From the human T2T-CHM13v2.0 reference genome, Homo sapiens: a stretch of DNA of 64,000 bases. Below are positions 1-12,207 of this stretch, one piece after another. A program made the translations under genes and the position numbers. Position 1 is the first letter of the stretch. Each line of letters opens with the position of its first letter. The DNA lies in assembly GCF_009914755.1 (NCBI RefSeq), contig NC_060938.1; one strand, given 5' to 3'. The notes beneath the pieces were generated by a model that was given only the letters and a program-made list of their open reading frames with translations, made no database searches and was not told the origin of the DNA.

Positions 1-1293
1 CACCACATAAACATAATTAAAAACAAAAATCACATGATTATCTCAATAGATGCAGAAAAAGCATTAGACAAAATCCAGCATTCCTTTATGATTAAAACTG
101 ACAGCAAAATCAGCATACAAGGGACATGCCCCAATGTAATAAAAGCCACCTATGACAAACCCACTGAATGGGGAAAAATTGAAAGCATTCCCTCGGAGAA
201 CTGGAACAAGACAAAGATGCCCACTCTCACCACTCCTCTTCAACATAGTACGGGAAGTCTTAGCAACAGCAATCAGACAAGAGAAAGAAATAAAGCCATC
301 TAAATCCGTAAAGAGGAAGTCAAACTGTCACTGTCTGCTGGTGACATGATCATTTACCTCAAAAACCCTCAAGACTCCTCCAGAAAGCTCCTAGAACTGA
401 TAAAATAATTCAGCAAAGCTTCTGGATACAAGATTAATGTACAAAAACCAGTAGCTCTTCTATATGCCAACAGTGACCAAGTGGAGAATCAAATCAAGAC
501 CTCAACCCCTTTTACAATAGCTGCTAAAATAAAATAAATAAAATACTTATGAATATACCTAACCAAGGAGGTGAAAGACCTCTACAAGGAAAACTACAAA
601 ACACTGCTGAAAGAAATCACAGACAACACAAACAAATGGAAACACATGCTCATGGAAGGGCAGAATTAATATTGTGAAAATGCCCACACGGCCAAAAGCA
701 ATCTACAAATTCAACACAATTCCCATCAAAATACCACCATCATTCTTCATAGAATTAGAAAAATAATTCTAAACTTCATACGGAACCACCCCACCCCCAC
801 AAAAAAAGCCCTCACAGCCAAAGCAAGACTAAGTAAAAAGAACAAATTTGGAGGCATCACACTACCTGATTTCAAGCTATACTATAAGGCCATAGTCACC
901 AAAACAGCATGGTACTGGTATAAAAATAGGCACATAGACCAATGGAACAGAATAGAGAATCCAGAAATAAACCCAAATGCTTACAGTCAACTGATCTTCG
1001 ACAAAGCAAACACAAACATAAGTGGGGAAAGGACACCCTTTTCAACAAATGATGCTGGGATAATTGGCTAGCTACATGTAGGAGAATGAAACTGCATCCT
1101 CATCTCTCACCTTATACAAAAATCAACTCAAGGTGGATTAAGGGCTTAAATCTAAGACCTGAAACTATAAAAATTTTAGGAGATGACATTGGAAAAACCC
1201 TTCTAGACATTGGCTTAGGCAAAGATTTCATGACCAAGATCCCAAAAGCTAATGCAATAAAAACAAAGATAAATAGCTGGGACTTAATTAAAT
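1..1293 (+). mobile_element. LINE-1 ORF2 fragment (RT to C-terminal part), L1PB-like, decayed; runs off the window start and ends abruptly at ~1293
   Basis: ORF2p peptides [40 protein letters not shown] and [25 protein letters not shown] occur in shifting frames. No 3'UTR or poly(A). Confidence 0.9.
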
Positions 1294-1696
1294 TGCTACT
1301 CTGTTTGAAATAATCTGCCTTGCACTCTTTGCTGACAGCTGTAGGTGATAGAATTGGCATGAACAGGATCATGGGACATAGGGAGCTTTTTCCTCACCAA
1401 AAAGGGGAAACTTGAATGCTGATGGGACTGCTGGAAAAGATCCCTTCACTATCAACAAGTAGCCACCTGCAATTTTTAGTGTCCCTGCAATGGGTAGGTC
1501 TTTCTCTGGCGTCTCTGAGCACCTCACCTTCCCCACCCTGCCTCAGGCAATGCTTTCCTCTCCCTCTCTCTCTGTGTGCAAACTGGTTGAATGGTAAAAA
1601 TCACTGTTTATCTCCTCTGCAAAGTTTTAATTAATTGGAAAAAGGATTTGCGAAACTAGTCTTAAGCTATAACAAATCTGTTGTACTTTGTGCTAT
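1294..1696 (+). mobile_element. Probable ERV1 (MER4-group) internal-sequence fragment without LTR
   Basis: Resembles remembered MER4-group internal sequence (ccttccccaccctgcctcaggcaatgctttcctct; gcaaagttttaattaattggaaaaaggatttg). Family assignment is from memory only. Confidence 0.4.
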
Positions 1697-3860
1697 TGTA
1701 TTAGTCCATTTTCACGCTGCTGATAAAGACATACTTGAGACTCGGAAGAAAAAGAGCACTTACAGTTCCACATGGCTGGGAAAGCCTCAGAATCATGACA
1801 GAAGGTGAAAGGTACTTTTTACATCATGTCAGCAAGAGAAAATGAGGAAGAAGCAAAAGCAGAAACCCGTGATAAACTCATCAGATCTCGTGAGGCTTAT
1901 TCACTATCACCAGAATAGCATGGGAAAGACCAGCCCCCATGATTAAATTATCTCCCCCTGGGTCTCCCAGAATTCCCACATATTGTGGGAATTCTGGGAG
2001 ATACAATTCGAGTTCATATTTGAATGGGGACACAGCCAAACCATATTATTCTGCCCCTGCCCCCTCCAATCTTATGTCCTCACATTTCAAAACCAATCAT
2101 GCCTTCCCAACAGGCCCCCAAAATCTTAACTCATTTCAGTAGTAACCCAAAAGTCCCTTCTGCCTATGAGCCTGTAAAATAAAAAACAAGCTAGTTACTT
2201 CCTAGATACCATGGGGGTACAGGTATTGGGTAAATACAGCCATTCCAAATGGGAGAAATTGGCCAAAACAACGGAGTTACAGGGCCCTTGCAAGTCTGGA
2301 ATCCAGCAGGACAGCCAGATTTTAAAGCGTCAGAATGATCTCCTTTGACCCCAGGTCTCACATCCAGGTCAAGCTGATGCAACAGGTGGGTTCCCATGGT
2401 GTTGGGCAGCTTCGGCCCTGTGACTTTGTAGGGTACAGCCTCCCTCCTGGCTGCTTTCACGGACTGGCGTTGAGTGTCTGTGGCTTTTCCAGGTGCACAG
2501 TGCAAGCTGTTGGTGTATCTACACTTCTGGAGTCTGGAGGATGGTGACCCTCTTCTCACAGCTCCTCTAGGCAGTGCCCTAGTAGGAACTCTGTGTGGGG
2601 GCTCCAACCCTACATTCCCCTTCCGCACTCCCCTCTCCATGAGGGGCCCGCCCCTGCAGCAAACTTTTGCCTGGGCAACCAGGCATTTCCATACATCTGA
2701 AGTCTTCTGAAATCTGAGGTTTCCAAACCTCAGTTATTGACTTCTGTTCACCCACAGGCTCAACAACATGTGGAAACTGCCAAGGCTTGAGGCTTCCACT
2801 TGGAGTGGCTGGGACACAGGGTACTAAGTCCCTAGGCTGCACACAGCATGAGGACCCTGGGGCCAGCCCACAAAATAACTTTTTCCTCCTGGGTCTCTGG
2901 CCTGCTATGGGAGAGGCTGCCGTGAAAGTCTCTGACATGGCCTGGAGACATTTTCCCCATGGTCTTGGGGAGTCACATTAGGTTCCTTGCCACTTATGCA
3001 AATTTCTGCAGCTGTTTGAATTTTTCCTTAAAAAATGGGTTTTTCTATTCTAATACATGGTCAGGCTGCAAATTTTTGAACTTTTATGCTGTTTCCCTTT
3101 TAAAATGGAATGCGTTTCACAGCACCCAAGTCACCTCTTGAATGCTTTGCTGCTTAGAAATTTCTTCTGCCAGATACCCTAAATCATATCTCTCAAGTTC
3201 AAAGTTTCACAAATTTCTAGGGCAGGGGCAAAGTGTCACCAGTCTCTTTGTTAAAACATAACAAAAGCCACCTTTGCTCCAGTTCCCAACAGCTCCCCAT
3301 CTCCATCTGAGACCACCTCAGCCTGGACCTTATTGTTCATATCGCTATCAACATTTTTGTCAAAGCCATTCAACAAGTCTCTAGGAGGTTCCAAACTTGG
3401 TCACATTTTCCTGTCTTCTTCTGAGCCTTCCAAACTGTTCCAACTGTTCAAACTGGGTAACTGCCTTCCAAAGTTTTGGGTATGTTTTCAGCAACACCCC
3501 ACTCTACTGGTACCAATTTACTGAATTAGTCTGTTTTCACACTGCTGATAGAGATGTACCTGAGACTGGGAAGAAAAAGAGGTTTAATTGGACTTACAGT
3601 TCCACATGGCTGGGGAGGGCTCAGAATCATGGTGAGAGGTGAAAGGCACTTCTTACATCATGGCAGCAAGAGAAACTGGGGAAGAAGCAAAAGCAGAAAC
3701 CCCTGATAAACCCATCATATCTCATGAGACTTACTCACTATCACAAGAATAGCACGGAAAAGACAGAACCCAGGATCCAATTACCTCCCCCTGGGTCCCT
3801 CCCACAACACGTAGCAATTCTGGGAGATACAATTCAAGTTCAGATTTGAATGGGGACACA
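1697..3860 (-). mobile_element. THE1 (THE1A-like) MaLR element: 3' LTR 1697-2048, internal 2049-3521, 5' LTR 3522-~3860 with the outer end damaged
   Basis: Reverse-complement LTR termini tgtattagtcc... and ...gccaaaccatatta, two similar LTR copies, and THE1-int peptides on the minus strand (GNVGLEPPHRVPTRALPRGAVRRG). Confidence 0.9.
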
Positions 3861-4194
3861 TCCCTATTTTGGTCCTCCAGTTAAAGTAGGGACTTATGGA
3901 GGTTAGGTAATTAACAGAGTTTTAGCTCAGGTCCAACTTACAGTGGATCCAGTGGGTCCTTGGACTCATCCTGTGGTCATTTCCCTAGTGCCAGAATGCA
4001 TAACTGGCATAGACACACTTAGCAGCAGCTGGAAGTATCCCTACATTGGCTCCCTGACTGGTAGGGTGAGGGCTGTTATGGTGGGAAAGGCCAAATAGAA
4101 GCCATTAGAGCTGCCTCTACCTAGAATAATAGTAAATCAAAAACAATATTGCACCCTTGGAGGGATTGCAGAGATTAGTGCCAACATCAAAGAC

Positions 4195-4728
4195 TTGAAA
4201 GACACAGGGGTGGTTATTCCCACCATATCCCCATTCAACTCTCCTATTTGGCCTGTGCAGAAGACAGATGGATCTTGGATAATGACAATGGATTATCTTA
4301 AGTGTAACCAAGTGGTGACTCCAATTGCAGCTGCTGTACCAGATGTGGTTTTATTGCTTGAGCAAATTAACACATCTCTTTGTACCTGGTATGCAGCCAT
4401 TGATTTAGCAAATGCCTTTTTCTCTATTCGTGTCCATAAGGCCCACCAGAAGCAATTTGCATTTGGCTGGCAAGGCCAGGAATATACCTTCACTGTCCTA
4501 TCTCAGGGGTATATCAACTCTCCAGCTTTGTGTCATAATCTTGTTCAGAGAGATCTTGATCACTTTTCACTTCCACAAGATATCACACTATTCCATTACA
4601 TTGATGACATTATGTTGATTGGATCCAGTGAGCAAGAAGTAGTAAACACACTGAACTTATTGGTGAGACATTTGTGTGCCAGGAGATGGAAAATGAATCC
4701 AACTAAAATTCAGGGCCTTCTAGCTTAG
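4195..4728 (+). pseudogene. HERV-L reverse transcriptase fragment (177-aa open stretch, disrupted outside)
   Basis: Contains AAIDLANAFFSI, LSQGYINSPALCH and HYIDDIML. Stops and frameshifts lie on both sides. Confidence 0.85.
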
Positions 4729-6659
4729 TAAAATTACTAGGGGTCCAATGGTGTGGGGCCTGTTGAGATATTCCTTCTAAGGGGAAGGAAAAGTTGTTGC
4801 ATTTGGCCCCTACTACAACCAAGAAAGAGGCATAATGCCTAGTGGGCCTCTTTGGATTTTGCAGGCAACACATTCCTCATTTTAGTGTGTTACTCTGGCC
4901 CATTTATTGAGTGACTGGAAAGGCTTGAGTGGGGTTCACAACAAGAGAAGGCTCTGCAACAGGTCCAGGCTGCTAGGCAAGCTGCTCTGCCACTTGGGCC
5001 ATATGACCCAGCAGATCCAATGGAGCTTGAGGTCAGAGGTAAATAGGGATGCTATTTGGAGCCTTGGTAGGCCTTCATAGATGAATCACAGCAGAGGCCT
5101 CTAGGATTTTGGAGCAAGGCTCTGCCATCTTCTGCATATAACTACTCTCCTATTAAGAGACAGCTCTTGGCCTGTCACTGGGCTTTGGTAGTAATTGAAC
5201 GTTTGACTATGGGTCATCAAGTCACCATATGACCTAAACTGCCTATCATGAACTGGGTGCCTTCTGACCTATCTAGCCATGAAGTGGGGCATGCACAGCA
5301 GCATTCCATCATCAGATGGAAGTGATATATATGTGATCAGGCTCAAGCAGGACCTGATGGCACAAGTAAGTTACATGAGGAAGTGGCTCAAATGCCCATG
5401 TTCCCCACTCCTGCCACCCTGCCTTCTTTCCCCCAGCCTGCACCAGTGGCCTCATGGGGAGTTCCCTATGATCAATTGACAGAGGAAGAGAAGACTAGGG
5501 CCTGGCTCACAGATGGTTCTGCACAATATGCAGGCAACACCTGAAAGGGGACAGCTGTAGCACTACAGCCCCTATCTAGGACATCCCTGAAGGACAGTAG
5601 AGAAGAGAAATCTTCCCAGTGGACAGAACTCAGACAGTGTACCTGGTTGTGTACTTTGATTGGAAGGAGAAATAGCCAGATGTGTGATTATATACTGATT
5701 CATGAGCTGTATTCACTGGTTTGGCTGGAAGGTCAGGGACTTTGAAGAAGCATGATTGGAAAATTGGTGACAAAGAAATTTGGGGAAGAGCTATGTGGAT
5801 GGACCTCTTTGAGTGGTCAAAAACTGAAGATATTTGTATTTCATGTGAGTGCTCACGAACAGGTGGCCTCAGCAGAGGAGGATTTTAATAATCAAGTGGA
5901 TAGGATGATTCGTTCCATGGACACCACTCAGCCTCTTTCCCTAGTCACCCCTGTGATCACCCAATGGGCCCATTAACAAAATGGCCATTGTAGTAGGAAT
6001 GGAGGTTACGCATGAGCTCAGCAACATGGACTTTCACTCACCAAGGCTGACCTGGCTATGGCCACCGCTGAATGCCCAATTTGCCAGCAGCAGCAGAGAC
6101 CAACAACTGAGTCCTCGATATGGCAAAATTCCTTGGGGTGTTTAGCCAGCCATTTGGTGGCAGGTTGATTATACTGGACCTCTTGCATCATGGAAAAGGT
6201 GGCTGTTTGTCCTCACCAGAATAAACGCTTATTCTGGATATGGGTTTGCATATCTTTCATGCAATGCTTCTGCCAAGACTGCCATCTGTGAACTCACAGA
6301 ATGCCTTATCCACTGTCATGGTATTCCACACAGCATTGCCTCTGACCAAGGCACTCACTTTATGGCTAAATAAATGCAGCAGTGGGCTCATGCTCATGGA
6401 ATTCACTGGTCTTACCATGTTCCCCATCAACCTGAAGCAGCTGGATTGATAGAATGGTGGAGCGGTCTTTTGAAGTCACAATTACAACGCCAACTAGGTG
6501 ACAATACTTTGCAGGGCTGGGACAAAGTTCTCCAGAAGGCTGTGTATGCTCTGAATCAATGTCCAATATATGGTACTGTTTCTTGAATAGGATTCATGGG
6601 TCCAGGAATCAAGGGGTGGAAGTAGAAATAGCACCACTCACCATCACCTCTAGTGACCC

Positions 6660-7089
6660 ACAGGCAAAATTTTTGCTTCCTGTTCCTGTGACATTAGGTT
6701 CTGTTGGCCTAGATATCTTAGCTCCAGAGGGAGGAATGCTACCACCAGGAGACACAACAATGATTCCATTAAACTGGAAGTTAAGATAGCCACCTGGACA
6801 CTTTGGGCTCCTCCTACCTCTGAGTCAACAGGCTAAGAAGGGAGCTACAGTGTTGGCTGGAGTGATTGACCCAGAATATCAAGATGAAATCAGTCTACTT
6901 CTCCACAATGGAGGTAAGAAAGAGTATGCATGGAATTCAGGAGATCCTTTAGGACATCTCTTAGTATTACCATGCCCTGTGATTAAGGTCAATGGGAAAC
7001 TACAACAGTCCAATCCAGGCAGGACTACAAATGGCCCAGACCCTTCGGGAAAGAAGGTTTGGGTCACTCCACTAGGTAAAAAACCATGA
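6660..7089 (+). pseudogene. HERV-L dUTPase remnant downstream of integrase
   Basis: LPPGDTTMIPLNWKLR*PPGHFG...LAGVIDPEYQDEISLLLHN resembles dUTPase motif 3 and has an in-frame stop at ~6787. A post-integrase dUTPase is characteristic of ERV-L. Confidence 0.75.
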
Positions 7090-7512
7090 CCTGCTGAGGT
7101 GCTTGCTGAAGGCAAAGGGAATACAGAATGGGTGGTAGAAGAAGGGAGTCATCAATACCAGCTATGGCCACGTGACAAGTTGCAGAAACGAGGACTGTAA
7201 TCGTCATGAATATTTCCTACTTATTTTGTTAAGAATATGTTTGTGCATGTATACACTCGTACTAAGAAAATGGCTTCATTTTATTTCCTTTTTCCTTTAT
7301 CATGTGACATAAGATTTATTGACTTCATTTCAGCATTTAAGTGTTGTTAATTTTATGAAAGAGCATTTAGGTTAAGGATTAGTACGCTTCTGGTTGTACG
7401 AAGGATAGCCATATTATGTAAGGCATAATTATGACCTTATTATTGTCTTCATTTGAAGATTATGTATGATTTCAGGAGCTGTATAGGGGTTCAAATGGAC
7501 AAGGAGTGGACT

Positions 7513-8063
7513 TGTGATGGTTAATACTGTCAACTTGATTGGATTGAAGGATGCAAAGTATTGTTCCTGGGTATATCTGTGAGGGTGTTGCCAAAAGAGA
7601 TTAACATTTGAGTCAGTGGACTGGGAGAGACAGACCAATCCTCAATCGGGTGGGCACCATCTAATCAGCTGCCAGCACAGCTAGAATAAAGCAGGCAGAA
7701 GTTGGAAGGACTTGACTTGCTAAGTCTTCAGGCCTTCATTTTTCTCCCATGCTGGGTGCTTCCTGCCCTTGAACATCAGATTTCAAGTTCTTCAGCTTTT
7801 GGACTCTTGGACTTACACCAGTGGTTTTCCAGGGTCCCTTGGGCCTTTGGCCACAGACTGAAGGCTGCACTGTCGGCTTCCCTACTTTTGAGGTTTTGGG
7901 ACAAGGACTGATCCACCTTTGGCTTCCTTGCTCTTCAACTTGTAGACGGCGTATCATGGGACTTTACCTTTTGATCATGTGAGTCAATTTTCCTAATAAA
8001 CTCCCCTTTTTATATACATATATCCTATTAGTTCTGTCCCTTTAGAGAATCCTGACTAATACA
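7513..8063 (+). mobile_element. MLT2A (MLT2A2-like) 3' LTR of the HERV-L
   Basis: TGTGATGGTTAATACTG...CTGACTAATACA termini, 551 bp, AATAAA near 7995, directly after the ERV-L internal region. Confidence 0.88.
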
Positions 8064-8969
8064 GGCATTAACATTCATTCTTTATAAAAGCAGTGTGGTA
8101 ATTAATAAAAACCTAAGCTTAGAGTTTTTCTTTTAGAAATAAAGAAAATAGGAAAATTGCAATTTTAAATAGATATAAAAGTTATTTAGGATTCTGATTA
8201 TTTTATTTCCATGTCATATCTAAGTTTCTCCATCAGTGCCATGTTCTCCTTGGATCCTTTCATCATTTATTTCAGGAGGAATACAGAGCATGAACCAGAA
8301 AGTATGACACCTTCCCCCCATCTTCTTGCTTATTTTATAAGATTTCTGGCATCTTACATTGCAAAACAGACAAAAAACATCAAGAGAAAATGTATTGAAA
8401 GTCAATATTTAATGTCAGTTATAGCAAAGTTTAAAGGACTCTACTCTAAGTCATTGATTCATTTGAAATGAAGTGGGAAACTTGGGAAGCTATATTTATT
8501 GTTACTAGTTTTGTATTTTGTACTAGTTAGCCAGAGAAAAATAATGCAAAATGTTGTATGTTGCTTGATTTTTTTCTGTTTCACAAATGACTGAAATAAT
8601 TCTTTGTAAACATTTTTAAAAATATTTTAAAAAATTCTAAAAACCAGTAAAGTCTAATTAGAAAAAATATCAAGTAAAAAGCAGTATTTCCTCTTCTTGA
8701 GCTTTATTAAAGCAGAGATTCCTTAACTATAACCAACTTTGTCAAGGAAATATTTATTTTAAATAAATATATTACATCCTAAATACAGCAAGGCAACAGA
8801 TGTATCAGAGTGAATTAAAAAGTGGCACATTCTTGGGCTTCTCCCTGGCAGTTATATTTTTGGCTTTGCCCTCTGTGAGTGATGGAATAATTTCTAGTCT
8901 TTACAGAGATTTTTTTTTAAAGTCACAAAAGTCAGAAAGGTTATTTCATATGTAGTAAGGAAATTATGT

Positions 8970-9400
8970 GTATCATCATAGAGTCTAGCCAGGAAACAGA
9001 AACCACCTGAGTAGTTAAAAAGACTTTAATGGAGAAAATTGATTCCCTGGGTGATGAAAGAGCTGAGAAACCAAAGAGAGGACAGTGGGCCAATGGAAAG
9101 ATCCCTAACAGCAGGAAGCCAACCTGACCCATGACTGAAGGGATAAAGAGTGAACGCAGTGTTACTGGCACTAGTGGAAGCTGGAACCATAGCTGGTTTG
9201 CCTGCCAAGAGCTGGATTCATGAGGCTGTTGGAAGGCAGGGGAAGAAAAGAGATACCCTGGCTTCTTCCACCCCACCACCTCCTCCATAATCTATTTGAA
9301 GCCACTGAGCCTGGGAAACATAGCCGCAGAGGTTGGTGTCCCTTGATGCAGAGCAAGGGGAAGGCAGGGAAAGGATGAGAGGGCAAACAGGTCCAGAATG
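8970..9400 (-). mobile_element. Possible ancient ERVL-type solo LTR (LTR33/LTR16-like)
   Basis: Remembered motifs (ccaggaaacagaaaccac ... gagagggcaaacagg) only. Highly diverged. Confidence 0.3.
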
Positions 9401-11042
9401 TTCTTATCATGGAATTGCCTACTAAAGTAGAAAAGATGTGAGGGAATCAGGGAGGGGCTGGTGTTGAAGAAAGGCAACGTGGAATGAATCTGGCCATCTA
9501 TGTTTTGGTAGAGGACATGAAATGGACCTGTTAGTTTTGTTTACTCTTTTGTAAGAGAAGAATCAACATATATTGGACTGAGATGAGCTATTCTGCTTCT
9601 TGATTTTGTATTACATACTAGATTTATCAATGCTACTATCATCTTACATTTTTAGTTAGACACCTGGGGGCAGGGACCATAATCTGCATCTGTTTTACCA
9701 CAAACTTTTAGTATCCCACTATGATGTCATGATATTCTAGTGGTGTGTATAAACATAACATACAAACACACATTTTTAAATAACAGAGACATGATAGAAC
9801 ATAAAATATGATGGCTACAGGAATCAGTGATGCAAATTCTGAAACATAAGTAGCAACCTAATGTTCTGTGAGAGCGTAAAATTCCAACCTATTCATCAAG
9901 ACAATTTTAATAAAATAACGACTTCTATGGCTTGATGGGAGACCTATTACAATGAGGTCAGATTTTGCTTCCCAGACTATTTTGGTCAAGAGGCCACATG
10001 TTAGCCACTGATGGATTTGCTGAAGCCAACAAAAAGAAGTTGAACAGGAGACAGGAGAGTGTCTGACTAAAGTAGATCATGAGTGAGGGTAGCAAAGGGA
10101 TCTTTAGGGCCTCTGGGAAACACCAGCTAGTTCCTGTTCACTGAAGTTCAAGAATGAACTGTGCAAAACCATTAAGGGTATATTATTACCCTTCATCTGA
10201 TCTTGACAAGAGAATTTTTGGTGATAAAAAAAGAAAAAAGACAGACTGATTAAGCTGCATCTGGGTTAACTTTCCTAAATAGCAAGTTGGCAGACTGCCT
10301 GGAAACAATGTAAATTCTGCTTCATTAAAATTAAAATCACAGTTGATTTTTTTCTACCTAGCTGGCTATTGGGAAATAAAATGTCAAGGGTTGCATGGTT
10401 TATGTAAAAGAGCACATAGTAAACCTGCACAAAAATTCCTATAGATGGGACTGGAGGCAACCATGTAAACTCTGTAGAAGAATGGGTGGCTGAGAGGAAC
10501 AGCGACAAGTACTGGCCCCCTCCAGAGGTCCCGTATACTCATGAAATGATGTTCTAAAAAGGTCAAGAAAAGAGGTTTGCTAATAAGCTTTTTTTTTGAA
10601 AGGAAAATAACAGCTGACTTGTATATTAAATAATTAAATAAACATAATACAGTTTTCATTGACCAAAAATTGGCACATAAGAGTTTTTTTGTATAAACAT
10701 TTTTTTCTCCCACGATGAAACTTGAAACTCAAGGGAGCACTTCGCAAGAAAAATGACAATGTAATATTTTCTCTATCAACTTTGAATAAAAGCCAAATAA
10801 ATTAAGTCACAACGTGTGTCTACGGCATCAAATGTATATTGATTAACTCTTTCTAGAAAAAGCCTAAAGGCAAAGAAAAAAGTCAAAATTGACTGAGTTT
10901 TAGGTCAATGTATCCAGTAATATTCTGGGATGAAGTCAAGATAGGAAAATTGTGAAGATGAGTTCATGAGAGAAAGGTAAAATGTGTTTATTTAGTATAT
11001 GCAAATAAAAATGTCTAATACGTAGTTAAAATATAGGATTGG

Positions 11043-11873
11043 CTCGTTCTTTTTCATGGTATTTCAGAGGGAAGTACCACTTCAGAGTGAACATGAATGT
11101 TTCCCTCTCAGTCACTAGCTGCTAGAAACGCACTGAAATGGACAGTGAACACAAACATCATACCTTTTATGAGAAGAGTATGGCCATAGAAGTTGCTGCT
11201 AATGCTGACTGCAGAGTGGAAAGCTTATGTCATCTGAATCAGTGATGGGAACTGCAAACAAAGTTTCCCCATGAAGCAGAATGTCTTGACCCATGGCTGT
11301 GTTTGCTGCTACTAAGTAAGGAGTGTTCCTATCACATGGCAAGGTGAACTGGAGAAAGTACAAATATATTTGAGGTTGCATTGTGGATGTCAATTTGAGT
11401 GCTCTTAATTTGGTTATTGTGAAAAAAAAAAAAAGTCGGGAGAGAGAAGGATATTCTTGGACTGACTGATAATACTATGCCTCATCACCTAGGGCCCAAA
11501 AGAGCTAGCAGAATCTGATAAGTTTTCAAATATCTGTAAAAAGATGATACCTACCATAGGTTGTGAGAAAGTCCCTAAACAAAGAAGGTAAGGAACTCAG
11601 GACCAGACTGCCCAGGATTCAGCATCCTGTTATTCCATGTGTCCTGCATCACAAAACATCCACATATTGCTCTGAAGACACAGCTTGCTAAGAAAAATAA
11701 GTAAGAGGCTGCAGAATATGCTAAACTTTTGACCAAGAGAATGGGAAACCAAAGAGAAATGCCAGGAACAGGTCCCTGAGAAGCAGAGGCTGTTCTCTCT
11801 GAGAGCTTCTACCCTGACCTTGAATCCAGTAAAAAATAAGATTTTCTAAGAGTAGCAAATAAATAAGATCAGA
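11043..11873 (+). pseudogene. RPS6: Processed pseudogene of ribosomal protein S6 (full-length mRNA copy, heavily decayed)
   Basis: Intronless and colinear with RPS6 mRNA. It has a pyrimidine 5'-TOP-like start, start codon mutated to GTG at 11087, peptides TFYEKSMAIEVAA, FPMKQNVLTHG, GCIVD, LGPKRASRI and EAAEYAKLLTKRM, ESSKK-stop at 11837-11839, and AATAAA at 11858-11863. Multiple stops and frameshifts. The symbol refers to the parent gene. Confidence 0.95.
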
Positions 11874-12044
11874 TAATTTTTGAAATGAAAAACACAGGAA
11901 GTTTAGGTAAAAGTCAGTAGTAAAAATGTAGGTTTTTTTTCAAACACAAATATCATAACTAAGGTTAAAGGATAAAGAATGGGAAAAGAGGTTAATGGCA
12001 CATATAAGAGAGGATTATCTTTCAGTAAGCTTTTACAAGTTAAT

Positions 12045-12207
12045 AAGAAAAAGACAAAGACTATGACACAGGAACTTCACAGTGGTATAAATAAAAATGA
12101 CCAATAACACCATGAAAAGATGTTCAGTCCCCTAGCAGCCAAGGGTATGCATATTGAAAGCATTTTATACCTTTCAAGTTAGCAAAACAAAAATGTAATT
12201 TGATACT
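12045..12207 (+). mobile_element. Ancient L1M 3' fragment
   Basis: Degenerate L1 motif (aaatgaccaataacaccatgaaaagatgttca...). Confidence 0.4.

Larger units (their letters stand above)
3866..7512 (+). mobile_element. HERV-L internal region (pro/pol/dUTPase) lacking the 5' LTR and gag; no env
   Basis: RT with PFNSPIWPVQK and YIDD (4597-4608), RNase H TDGS (~5510-5520), integrase motifs CPICQQ, WQVDY and HVPHQPEAAGLIE, dUTPase GVIDPEYQDEI, and a purine-rich tract before the LTR. Confidence 0.92.

Noticed and set aside
2191-2640. 149-aa ORF, and similar ORFs at 28655-29020 and 51194-51844 (216 aa)
   Set aside because: They are fragments of the THE1 internal region that recur in each element, not cellular genes.
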